Assembly (NCBI GenBank): GCA_051294905.1 | Contig: CM119371.1 | Span: 25,112,001 to 25,176,000, forward strand | Source: Botryllus schlosseri | Lineage: Eukaryota | Reading direction: 5' to 3' | Length of the DNA: 64,000 bases | Shown here: positions 23,232 through 36,200 of the stretch, piece by piece | How positions within the stretch are numbered: the stretch's first letter is position 1 | Layout: each line of letters starts with the position of its first letter | Notes under the pieces: generated by a model | The model's input: the letters and a program-made list of their open reading frames with translations, nothing else | What the model was told of the DNA's origin: nothing | Database searches by the model: none | Translations under genes and position numbers: made by a program

Positions 23232-26187
23232 CTTATAGCATGGCCCAATACTATATTTTTATAAGACAACGCTTACACGGATGATATATGGCGAAGAGGA
23301 GCTTAGATAAACCTGCAACACATTGGTAGGTAATCTGGAGTCGACCTCGGTCAGATTGGAACCCTCAACCCCAGTGGTGTTTCAGCTCTGGATTATACCA
23401 TCACGTTATCTCGCCAAATTGAGGTAAATTTGAACTAAAATTTGGGGGGTCCGAGGGGTCCTTGGCGGTACAAAAGCGGTACGCGAAGACAGAAAGCTTG
23501 AGAACCACTGGTTTAAACTAAGTCTGTGTGGTACAATTAGGCTATGAGAAAGTGAGAGTTAATTCACACAAAAAATACTATTCATTCGTTCCGTGTCATT
23601 ATTTAAATTTAAAACGAAGCGAAAACTGAAACGTTTTTATCATACCCCAGACCCTTTTTTCTATGGAGACGTCAAAATGTATATGAGATATTATAAAGCT
23701 GGTCTTGATCCAGACCTGCGGGTCGTGTAGATTGGTGTTTAGCCTTGTTGTTTTGACAGCATCGCTGGCAGATGCCTGGAAATCCGCGCTCTCTAGGCCT
23801 CAGACAGCCAATCCCAACGACTGCCATAGTGTTTCACTTCCTACAGTACACGAATCCACTTTTGCGAGATAATATCATAATTAAAACTTTATAAATATGT
23901 AATCACTAGGGCAAGTTTTGCGACTTTTTTTACAGCTTCCGGAAGTTTCCCGAATACTCGGAAGATATGTAGTATGGTGTTTTAAGCTGTTTGGAGGAAT
24001 CTTAAAGTGCAACTTTCTGCAAGTTTTTGTCGATTTTTCATGCAAATATTCGGTACTATATGTAAATAGATCGCTTGATTATTTCACCGTCGTTTAAATT
24101 CTGGGTCATTACTGATTTGACATACATTCAGGCTAAACCAGTGAAAATTATATTTCCACTGGGTCAATGTTTTCAGCAGGCTATTGATTTTGTTGAAGTC
24201 GACAACACTGAGTTTTACTACAGTGCCTTGGATACGTATTGAATCGAGTATCTCATACCCTAGTTATTTCAAGGAACTTGTCCATAAATGTACCTTTTAG
24301 TGCAACTTTTGTGAAAAATAGAGGCAACTTTTTATTGCAACTTTTACGAAAAATAATACGACTTTCCTCGGATTCGACTGCAACAAAAACTTACCCTAGT
24401 AACACCTAAGGTTACCAATCGCAGTCCGTACCGAATCAAATAAATGTTTTTGATAGTGATGGATCGGATGAGCCCCAGTATGCAACGACCAATGATGATA
24501 GCGTAACGCTGTGCAGAGGGACATCTGTTGCTCATTCAGCGCTTTGCATTCTGCCCCAGTACTTGGACAATGACAGGAGCAGACTGTGCAGAAACGGTAA
24601 TTACGACGTTTTCGTGAGTACTCACTGGAAGACTGGAAAATAAACTACCTATCCATATAGCGTAGGCCACTTCCAGTCCTCCACAAAGTGCGACTTCCTC
24701 TTCGGAAACGTTATGTGTGCCAATGAATCCACTGACCATTTAAATTGATTAACTACCTTTTTTTGCAATCCAAACACCTCTGGCTAGGGTAATCAGAGAA
24801 CCTCCTTACTAAAACGAACTGGAGACATGACATGCTTCTTCCATTTGTACCTCATTGTGAACTATTCTAGTTTCTGAATAAATTTTGCAAGTCTTTATAA
24901 ACTTTATGAAATTGAACCGTATATTACGATTTCCCAGATATCATAGCTTTCCAGAAAGCAGTAACGCAAAAGTATATGTACGCAGAGCAATAGCTTGCAA
25001 TGGAGATGACTATCGTCTACATTTTAGAAATCCAAGTACTTGACTACTTGACTAAATTTAGGTGCCACATTGTTCAGATTTGAAAGCTTAAAATCCAGTC
25101 TATAAATGCTCCAAAAACCCGACAATACACATCAAACTCCACTACCATATCACCTTCGAACGCTACCATGCGGTGGAAGATCTATACTGTTACGTCACTT
25201 TGCTTATCCATGATGGTAAAATATGATCCGTATTTTGATCCTGATTTAAAATTGTGACTTGGACGTGGGCGCGACCTGCATTAGAATTAATTGGACTGCG
25301 ACTCGGTGTAAAATGAAAATCACTCGAGTTGACTCGGGTCGAACACTAAAATAAGGGAATGACTAGTGACTCAGTACGCCTATACTTTGCTACAACCACG
25401 GACGTAATCATTTTTTTAAGTGTCGTGGGGAATAGTAATAGATCAAAAAGGCGTAACTTCTTTCACTCTCCAAGCAATTCGTTGTGGTAGAAATTAGCAT
25501 TCTGTTTCCTCTTGGTGTAGAGTTAATTACAAATTTGGTGCACTTGAGACTGTCTGTCCATGGTATCATCTCCAATTAAAGGTGGCGAGTAGCGAGGAGG
25601 TACGCACCACCGCGGTACCACTGTGGATTTTTCTGGTGATAGGACATTGGTATCACTATGACACATGAACTATTATATATATATTGCTATTTTCTGCCAG
25701 CCTATTCACTCCTCAAATGCTGTGATATCGGCTACCTTTGTTATGCTATTCCTCCTAAACGTTTGACTCGTCAAATGTCCACAATATAGCTGCCAATTAA
25801 ATGATATGATTTAATTATGATAACATGATGCATTTGTTCTCTCGCATGGTGTCTACGTCTCAAAATTTTCACAAATTATGCGCATTCTGTACCAGATAGA
25901 ACAACTATTTTTTGTTCAAATATTTAAATATGTCATTTTTTACGCTAGGCGTGAATTTCTACAGTACTAAATGACATTTTCACAGTGTGTGTGGAATGTC
26001 AATCCGCAAGGTCCCGTCACACAAGGCTCACTTGGAAACGTTGAATAATCCTATTTTTAATTCTGCAGCCGCGGCGTCATCAAAACTAGGAAATTGGCCT
26101 GCAAGCACATTTGAGTTTTAGACCTCTGGTTTATCTAGTATCAACAATAATAGGAGTGACGGTAAGTTCCGATAAATATTTCTACAG

Positions 26188-27287
26188 GTACAGCGTGTAC
26201 CGAAAAAGAGTTCACATGCCACGACGGATCATTTTGTCTCCATGTTGAGTTGTTTTGCGATGGAGAAACAAAATGTCGGTAAGTTTAGCGCGATCGCAAG
26301 TTCAGAGTTATCTGATGGTATTGTATCTAGTTGATTCCATGATACCTATGTGTTTGAGTCGGATTACTGCAAACGTACAGCATTTTTGTCAAAGGTTAAT
26401 ATTGAATATGTTCAAGTAAACACCGATATTTCAAATAAACGGCGGTAATACGCGATGAAGTAAGTCATTCTATAATCATGGTAAACCTCTGTAGCAAAAC
26501 GACAAAACGCATGTCCAGCATTGTACAATAGGGCTGTTCAAAAATAACCTTTTTTCCTGAATCTTGCTGGTTACTTGATTAAATCGTTAGGTTGCCTTAA
26601 AAAACGACTCACACCATATTTGAATTCATTCCAACCAATATTCGCGGATTTCGTAGAGTTTGAAAATTGTGAATTTGCCTAAAAATGCAAACACAATTTA
26701 TTTTCAAATTTTTCTGCCGACGCCATGAAATTGTTGCGCTGTCTTCAAAAACGATGCAAAACAAATTTGACTAAATTCGAAGCCGTAGAAGTGGAGTTAT
26801 TTCAGTTTTTATTTGATAATTCTGGGATTATCCTTGATTGGTGGATCATCCCAGAATTATCATAAAAAAACTTGAATATCTCCGCTTCTGCAGCTTGGAA
26901 TTGAGTCAAAATTGTTTTCCATCGTCTTTGAAGACACCGCAACTAACGGCAACCTAACAACCTAACGATTTAATCAAGTAACCAGCAAGAATTAGGAAAA
27001 AAGGTCATTTTTGAACAGCCCTATTGTACAATCATTAAAGATCTGCAATCAAATACTGAAAGAGCCGTATGCGGCCGGGGAGCCACGGTTTGCCCCCCTG
27101 CTATATACAATATGTCATCTATCAAGGCGTATTCTGTTCAGTGATGGAACCGACGAAATAACATCATTACCAGATGGTAATTCCCTGTATCGATCTTGTA
27201 CGGGAAGACAATCAGTAGATGCTACAGTTCATCAATGCCTGCTGAAAGAAGAATACTTTTGTGACGGGGAAGGAATATGCGAACAGG
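26188..27287 (+). CDS. GPCR exons: LDLa modules 1-2
   Basis: Spliced: TACTEKEFTCHDGSFCLHVELFCDGETKCR|DGTDEITSLPD|VHQCLLKEEYFCDGEGICEQ, joining DMDECSC at 35838. Confidence 0.85.
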
Positions 27288-30200
27288 GTAAGAATTATAC
27301 CGAGAGGAGCGCAACGAACATCTCATGAGACTTAGGAAATCAACATAAAATATTGGATAATTTGAGTTCTTAAATGTAAGACAGCAGCTCACAGTACTTT
27401 CATGCTTTCGTGCAATAACGATAATTCTCATCCGGAATCATATGAAAGCAGGGGTACGTGTCATTAACATGGTTTCGGTCCAATTTTCGAACTTAGTAAG
27501 CACCGCGGTCCGCAGCTTAACACTATTGTTGTCTATATTCTCATTTTGGGAGAGCTTGAAATCTGATTCTGCTGTTCTCTAGCGGTTCCAAAATTTTACA
27601 ATTATAATATCGACTTTACACTGTAAAATAATTATGAATTCTAACATAGAAATGACATGAGAAATCACATGTTAATTCCATGAAAACGCAAAGACGGTAT
27701 TTAAAACTCATGCTCACATATGAGAAAGCTTCTACATGTCAATGGAAATCTGACAGCCAACGTAAATGTTACTATTCCCGAATTAGAAACGTATACGTAT
27801 ATGTAACGGATAGCCACATTTACAGAGCTTCCGATATGCCGCAAGACGTCAGACGTGATGGATTACATAACTCCCTTACCCTGACTCTCAATTGTTACAT
27901 TGAAACCGTATCTGACAACAGGTTATATGCACATTGGTTGGGGTGAAAGGTCAAATTTAATCATTATTTAGTCATGCATTGATGCATATCATCTTTGGTG
28001 GAAACATGGGTTGAAACATATCATGTTATGTAGAAACATGGATGTCAACAGGTTGATGTGGGCATTAAAAGTTTTGTTTCATGTCTAGACATGACACAGG
28101 AGGGATCAGGTCTCGATTATGAGTTCAACTAGGTTTATCTTTTACAGTGTATTGACTGACGATTAAGTATTGTATTTTATGCAGGAAATTGTTTCGTAAA
28201 GCAATTGTTGGAAGTTTATACCAAAGATGATGTCGCAGTATATCTTAACCTGGTCTCCTGCGCCCAACAAGCGCAAGTAAAAGAAAGGTCTTAGTATAGA
28301 TCAGCTAGCACTAACATGTTGTAGCGCTAGAAAAAAATATTCCAGGATAGCTTGGACTGATATCTGATGGAAACATGTCATGTTAGTGAATACAGATAAC
28401 CTGAATACAGATTTAATAAATGCAGTACACGGCAATACGTCGAGCCCTTCGACCCCGCCGTAATTTTCATTTACCTCATGCCGAAACATAACAAGATCAG
28501 CTGATACGAACATACAAAGATCAGCTGGTACGTGGTGATGGAAGGAGTTTATCGTTGCTGCTTATCTTTCATACATTTTGACCGTGCAATTATTACCTTT
28601 GCAGATTAATATATACTCTGATCAATTCGTACTGAAGATATCGCCGTCAGCTCACTCTAGTCATTCGTATTATATTTTCTGCTGATCTAGATGTAATCTG
28701 AAGTCTTGCTTATTTTGGTCCAGGTTACTGCTCGCAAGGACTGTAATATGTTGCGATGCTCTTTTGCATGGTATATCCAAATATAGCACAAGCAAGTACA
28801 TATAAATTACAGTGAGAATTACTGACTCACGTGGAAAGAAATCATCCCACTTATAGGGAACCCCGGGAAACACATCCAGATGCGGCGTCCCTCCAGTGAT
28901 GTAAATTTATCCATCATACAGAAATCCAGAACTGAAATCTTTATTCCATCAAGATTACCTACTACTCGTGATGTGCTACATCGGTTCGTATTTTACTTGA
29001 AAGTAAGCAAAACTAAGCATAAAGATGCATTAAACTCTGTTTGGAAGGAGCTTATAGCTATTTGGACCAAGCTTGCTGGAAGAGCAACGCCGGATACATC
29101 TGCCATCAAAGTAGAATTCAGATTACGGACAAACTAAAGAAGTTATGGAATATGTACCGATTAATTCAAGTTGTTGGTGTTGTTGTTGTTGCTGTTGTTG
29201 ATTATTATTTGATTGATTAATTCAAGTGCAAACTGGACAAGATACTACCATTACGAGAAAATCAGAAGAATCATGGCAAGAGTTTGAAAGTATCTTAAGT
29301 AGTTTATTTGATATCACCAAGAGAGATGTCATGAAACACCTGAATGAAGAGGATCGCGCATTTTTTGAAGATCAGCGTGGGCCACGTATATATACATTTG
29401 GTACAGTAGACATAGCTCTACGCAAACGACTCGAACACAAGCTAGCCGCTTTGGATGACGAAATAAACCGTAAAAAAAGCTGATGAAGAGATGCTGATGG
29501 TTTCTTCAGTGATATTGTCGGACACAATTGTCACTATAGTAGCGACACAGAGGATGCCTCTGTTTCTCAAATATCAACTGAAGATCAATGTTCCCTCTAA
29601 GCTGCGCACGTGCGCAAATGCGCAGTGCTGACACGGTCTCTGCTCACGGAAAATCTAAGTTGCGCACAAAAAATCCGAAGTGATGTCCTGTTTTTTAGCC
29701 GTTACGCACTGCTGTCCAAGGATCTGCGCAGTAAGTTGGTGAGTGTGCGCAGACTCGTGAAAAATTGGAGGGAACATTGCTGAAGATGATATGCTTGGCT
29801 GCATGGGTTTAAACAGGCCTAGTTTTGTTATGTTGAACATTCCAAAAAGAATTTCAGGTCCGTATCGAGAAATCGCTGCGGCTGATCGACACAAAATTTC
29901 GAGTAATGGATTGAACGATATTTTGTTCTCACTTATTGCAATATGAGATGGTAATATTGACGATTTTGTGCTGAGCACATCAACAACATTAGGATTGTGC
30001 GCAGTGAAATGTTTTCGGATATCAAGTATGAATTCAAAGTTTCATCAAAAGTAACAATTTATTGGGATGAGAAGCTCCTGAAGACGAGGAGTGCCATGCT
30101 TGGCAAGGAGCACATCGCTATATTGGTGAGTTTTGCTCATCACATCAAGCGTCTTGGCACAACATCTTTACAATCTGGAACTGCTTTGAATCAATCTCAT

Positions 30201-33200
30201 GGAATATATAACATAATAAATGTGTGGTTCTCAGCCGGGGCTCCGCAAAGCATTTTCAGGGGGTCCACAAAGCCTCTAAATTTACGAAATAGTTGATGAC
30301 CTTTTTCGCAGTTTCGCCTCATTATTAGTAAAATCCCAGAACTCACATCAATAGAATGACCGTCTCAGAAAAAATATCCTGCTGTGCAAATTCATTTTAG
30401 TAGCTAAATTATCCATGTAGCCTACTGATAATAATATATTTTGGTTACTAGAGATATTTTGTTGAGGATTGCGAAAAATAAAAAGTCGGATGAGTGAAGT
30501 CAATCACGCTGATTTCGAAATTCTAAGAAAAATCACTTTCTCCTGTGATATAGCCTACACCACCATTTCTCCATTATAACTTCAAGATGAGCTGTTTGAT
30601 GGAAATGACCAGGCTTGACATTATATATTCTTATGTTATTCAATTTTGATGCCATATTTTTTGCGAACTTGCGATCATACCAAAATGTGTGGCGGAAGCG
30701 TTACGCGTTATCATTACATTCGCCACCACCTATCTTTGTGGAAATGGATTTTCGGCCCTCGTTCAAATCAAATCTAAGATGCGGATTTTCATGACACGAT
30801 AATGTATTTCAAGAAATGCAGTTGCAAAATTCACTTTAAAATAATAACAGTCAACCCAATTTATTCATAAATAGTTTGATGTTTTTTCGAGAAAAGTCAT
30901 TTAGTTGCTGTTTATCACTAGCCTACAGATATCATTTGAACGAGACAGATGACGATTGCAAGAGGATTGAGCTAAATTTGAACTAAAACTTTGGGAGGTC
31001 CGCGGGGGTCCGTGACGGTCCAAAAGGGGTCTGCGAAGATACAAAGGTTGAGAACCACCGTTCTAAATAAGCGGGACACCCCGGACCATTGCTTAGCATT
31101 GTGTTTTGATACATCTTCCAACACCGGCAAATTAGATGGAGCATGTATTGTGCACGAAGCTCTTCTTGGTCACCTTCTTCTCTGTACCGCTTGTCGTCAT
31201 CACGTGTTTGAAATAATTATATCAAGGGTGTTAAAACATATTTTCGATGCATCTACTGGGCCGAAAGTGGATGCATTTGAAACTTTGAAGAAAAGGTGGG
31301 AATCTCTGAATCTCGAAAACGAAACCAAATCATTTGGTTGTCGAATAAATTATTGAAAAGGGCGATGCGTTGCATGCAAAATCATCAGGAGCAGAAATTC
31401 ACATTCCGCGGAATGATAATGCCGAGCTGTTTCATCTTTTCTTGTTTTATATTGAGCAAAACTCAATTTCTCATTTGAAATTCCGTAAACCAGGGGCGCA
31501 TCACAGGCCAAGATAGATGTCGTCTGCAATATACATTTTTAAAGTGATACTCTTGAATGACCAGCTACAGCTATGAAGCTATGTAGAATAAGATGAAGCG
31601 CTTTTGCGACCTCGTTGCATGTTTCTATACTCAATATTGGTTGCGAGATCCTCTTCCATTCGAAGTTGCATTTAACGATTTAAAGCTGTACAAAAATGCT
31701 ACAATTTCAGGTGGCGGAATGGCCCCATGAGGGAAATTGCTGCAACAGTTATAAAAGCATTCAACCGTCATTTATGGTATATGGCGGAAGAGCTCATTCC
31801 GTTTTCTTTACGCTCCAAGAATTTACTACCTGGAGAAAAACAAATGGTTGCAAAGAAAATTTATGAGGCATACAAATAATGTATGGAACTATCAATGCAC
31901 CCTCAGAATCCTGTGTTCCCTGATATTTCAGAAGGAACACAACTGAAACATCTGGTTGGTGACAGATCTTCTCGATTTCACTCTACAAGACATCCAAAAT
32001 ATTGTGACATCTTTGGTCAATGATCCCGCCGAAACAGGTATTCATCTGCTAAACCAGTGGTTCTCAACCTTTTTGGCTTCGCGGAACCCTTTTGACCGTC
32101 ACGGACCCTAGCGGACCCCCTCAAGTTTTAGTTCAATTTTAGCTTAATTATGGTGCAACTTTCATCTGTCTTGTGTAAATATGAACTGTAGGCTTGTGAT
32201 AAACAGCAAAATAGTGATTTAAAAAAAACAAAAAATCATACTATTTATGTAGAAATTGGTAGACTTTTATTATTTCAAAGCTAATTTTGCAGCTATATTT
32301 CTTGAAGTACGTGGTAGTAAATCTATTTCCGCAAAGATAGAGGGAGGCTAATGCAATATTAACGCATAACGCTTCCGACGATACTTTTGATGTGATCGCA
32401 ACATTTATGGCACCAAAATTAAGAAACATATATTTAATGAACATATCACGTCCAGCCTAGTCATTTTTATCAAACATCTCATCTTGAAGTTATTCTGGGA
32501 TAGTGGTTATGTATATCACAATCACATGCAGCATAAAATGGATTTCGTGGCGAGGTTTTAATCCCTTCATTGGGACAAATTAGGGAAAATGCTTCCGAAA
32601 TTTGTATTTCTGACTGACAACTTCAAATCGGAAAGGTTTCGCAAACATTACGAAGTCACCCTGATTGACCTTACTATACCTCCATATTTTTATTTTTTCC
32701 ACAAACCCCAACAAAACGTATCTAAACAGCAATATGTTTGTATCAGTAGGTTATTGGCAGTTTGGCAATGAAAATGAATTTGCACAGTAGGATATTTCAT
32801 GTTAGACGATTACTATGATGATATGAGTCATGAGGTATAGCAGTTGTGGTGCGAAACTGCCTCCTGCTTTCACAAATTAAAAGAAATTTAACATTAGTTT
32901 ATCGATCATTAAAAAAATTTAGCGTTTTCGCGGACCCCCTGAAATTGCTTCGCGGACCCCCGGTTGAGAACCACTGTGCTAAACGAATATGAAGAAATCC
33001 GGACCCAGGACTCTTATCAAAGAAACCTACTTTTGCAGTGTGTGGAACACATTAGCAAACATCGCCCGAAGTTTAATAAATCTACTTTAGCAAGCTGAAT
33101 TTTACAATTGTCAAGAACATTTTCAATCTATGTAAATATGTTGTATGACTTTGGTTTTACCTTATAGTGATTTCCATTTGTATTCTTGATTCAAACTTGC

Positions 33201-36200
33201 AAAACATTGCATCGACTATTTCTTTCAATAAAAATTCGTTAACTTCCCATGACATTGCTGTGAATTCCGATTTAATCAACATTTTACCTGCTGCATGCGC
33301 TGACCAAGTCCCACCGTTACGGGCCAAGGAAAGGCTGGTAATGTATGCTCACACTTAACCAAAGCGACCATAGAAAGTACCGATACCCGCCATCAACAGC
33401 GCGACGTGTCTTTGGAGTCCTACACAACAAGCGGGCTAAGCCAATCGATATCATAATAATCTGACACGTCCAATGTAGACAACTACTTAGACGGTGAGAT
33501 CTCTATAAGCTGAAGTATAATGCGCGAAAATTCGTAGGGCGCTAATACATTCTGTGGACCAAGTTCACCGTTACAAGTCAAGGAAAGGCTGGGAATGTGT
33601 GCTTGCTTCTACCTAAACGCCAAGAAAAAGTATCAACAGCGCAGGGTTTCCCTGCTACGCGATTGCACTTAGAAACACAAGGTCATATTGCCCATTGCCG
33701 CGACGCCAGCTGAGCGCTCTCATCTCACTCGCGCCGCTCAGCCACATCTTAGCTCCTGAGCTACTCTCTCGTTTCAGCAGACAGAATTGTTGCGTCACAA
33801 TACCGATGTCAATAACAATGAATAATTTAGGGCTGATTGTGGGGGATCCAGGGCCATGAACGGAATAAAATTTATATTTTCGTAATCAGTACAGCGTCAG
33901 CCTTCAATTGATACCCGTTTTATCAAATTTAATGCTCGGCAAGTCGGTCAAACATTACCGTCAATTTGCCTTTGACCAAAAGGAAAGTATGACGTAGAGT
34001 CGTAGACCAATTTCACTGAGCCTTGAGATTTGCTTGTGTCCACAGACATCATACAGGACACTATGCTTTAAGTGCTGTGACACGCAACCTCACATGAATG
34101 TTATATAATATGGATTGCTTTGTTCGTAAAACATTCATGTGAGCAAAGATATGTACTACTACCTCATTTGATTTATTAGTCACGAAAAGCAATAAAAACA
34201 AAACCCAATACAATTAACGACCATTGTATTGCCAGTCACAGAGGTGAATTCAGGATGTCTACATCGGGCTCGAACCAGATGGTATGAGCTAGGGATGGTG
34301 TGAACGCGCGGTTCACGTTCGCGTTCTGTGTGTGAGCCTCGTGAATTTGGAGGTTCGCGTTCACAACAGAACCTTGGTAGGTTCTGCACAGTGAACCTTT
34401 TTCATATATTACAATTTTCACTTCATGATGACATCTTTGGTTCGAATTTATTGCATTTCAACTGCAGGCCACTCTATGAATGACGCAGGCAGCATAAATA
34501 AAAACTCAAAACGAGCATCCAGTTTGACAATTTCAAAGAATTTACTTGCTTTGTTACAAAGATTTTGCTCTAAATATCCAACTTACCGTTTGTGAATATA
34601 TAGTGACTCTCTGCTGTGAGCTGACCCGCAATCACATAACATCACGAGCGACATACATAACATGTAGAGAGCGATTCAACCAATCAATGAGATTGATATC
34701 GTTTTTTGATGTGACAAATCTAGCTAGCGTACAGGGTCTATCTTCACTTCATATGTTTACTGTATCATTAAAACCAGATACGTGCGATCGAGGTGTTGGC
34801 TACAGCTGTATAACTTTTGGGGTAGCCTAATATCGTTAGCAAGTATAAAAACCTGTATTACACTCTGCCCAATACCAATGTAGCAATACTCATACACGAA
34901 TACATTGCCTGGTCTGGTCAAGACCGTTAAGGCGTAAGCTAAGAGGCAACACTTCTTCAAAATTATTGGCAAAGCCACGGATGATATTGATTTTATGGGA
35001 GTATCATATGATTGCCCCAGTTGGTACATTTAGCGACGTTTAAATCTCCAAAATGTACTTCAGTATTATGGCATTATGTGACCCCAGTCGTCGCTAGGTA
35101 TCGTGTACATTAATATAGGCTATCACTTCATTGAAAGATAGGGTTGGAATTAGCAATATGACGTCACGTGACGTCACGAGGTTCACGTTCGCGTTCACAC
35201 AGAACCTTTCAAAAAGGTTCGCGTTCACACGAACCTGAACCTTTCAGAGGTTCACACCATCCCTAGTATGAGCCTGTACCCGATGGTTGCTACTTATAAT
35301 ACAACAACAACACTGATATCATTCCTTCATCTAGCGTAAATTCGTCAGGTGGTCCTCGGGCACGATTCAAGCTATTTTCAATTGTGAAATACATACCCGA
35401 AAAAATGACCGGACTTCGAACTCCTAACCCTTGTTTTTACCATCATCATTGGAATATGAGTGGGGGCGTCAGAACTATAGTCAGTTTTCGAACAGGGGCG
35501 CTGCAGGAAAAGATTATGGACCACTATTGTAGATCCAGAATCCTGAGTCAAGACCGTAACAGTCACACCCCATAACAGCTGGGGAGGACGAGAGAGCTCG
35601 ACAAGGTTTTGCAAATCATCATCATTTTTTGCCAGATTCATTCTTGTTTTGTGATTAGTATTGTATATATAGAGAGCAATACCAAAATGAGACTCATAAG
35701 AAAGGGCATGGATAATCATACGGTCGCCCCATAACGAATGTGTTTTTGAGGAATCGGACTGACAAAGTTCTGTTTTATTCCTACCAGGCTTTGAGAATCG
35801 TGCACTTATATCGAATAATGATTATCGTCATTTTCAGATATGGACGAATGCTCGTGTGGAAACGACAGCAAAGGTAATGTGCAAGAAAAAACAATATTTT
35901 CACTATAAGTACCTAATTTTTCAACTGTGGCATAAAGAAACGTTAATGGTCACTAGCCATAAATACTCCAGTAATTAGAGCTGGCTCAGGCTCAAGAAGA
36001 TGAATCAAGACCGAACCTTCCTCGGAGCGGGATGCGCGTGCTCTAATAAATCTATGGCAGGGGCGGGCAACTTCTCCAGTCGGCGGGCCGGATGTAGGAA
36101 AATTAAGTACTTGGCGGGCCAGATTGCTGAATCGCAACATTATTCGCCCGTTTATCCACATATAGGCTACAAGGAATAAATCGTATGTAATGAATGTATT

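Larger units (their letters stand above)
20767..23415 (-). mobile_element. tRNA-derived SINE, diverged and interrupted
   Basis: Tail half at 20767-20861, head half at 23240-23415 ending tctcgcc; flanked by aattgag on both sides. Confidence 0.8.
20062..23510. mobile_element. hAT (Charlie/Buster-like) MITE, outer shell of a four-level nest
   Basis: TIR cagtggttctcaa / ttgagaaccactg; perfect TSD GTTTAAAC (20054-20061, 23511-23518). Family copies at 30222-31060 and 32055-32976. Confidence 0.92.
28880..33098 (+). pseudogene. Decayed hAT-superfamily-like (hATm-type) transposase in a GPCR intron
   Basis: Collinear fragments RLPTTRDVL, TIYWDEKLL, LCFDTSSNTGKLDGAC...ACRHHVFEII, FRKPGAHHRPR*M, LVNDPAETGIHLLN|EYEEI...LLLQCVEH, with stops, frameshifts and three MITE insertions. 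Subfamily name is from motif recall, not a search. Confidence 0.8.

Noticed and set aside
20781..23284. WYGM/IPY-rich ORFs; CRISPR-like array
   Set aside because: (ATGGT)n/(CCATA)n MITE subterminal repeats with no repeat-spacer architecture; eukaryotic context.
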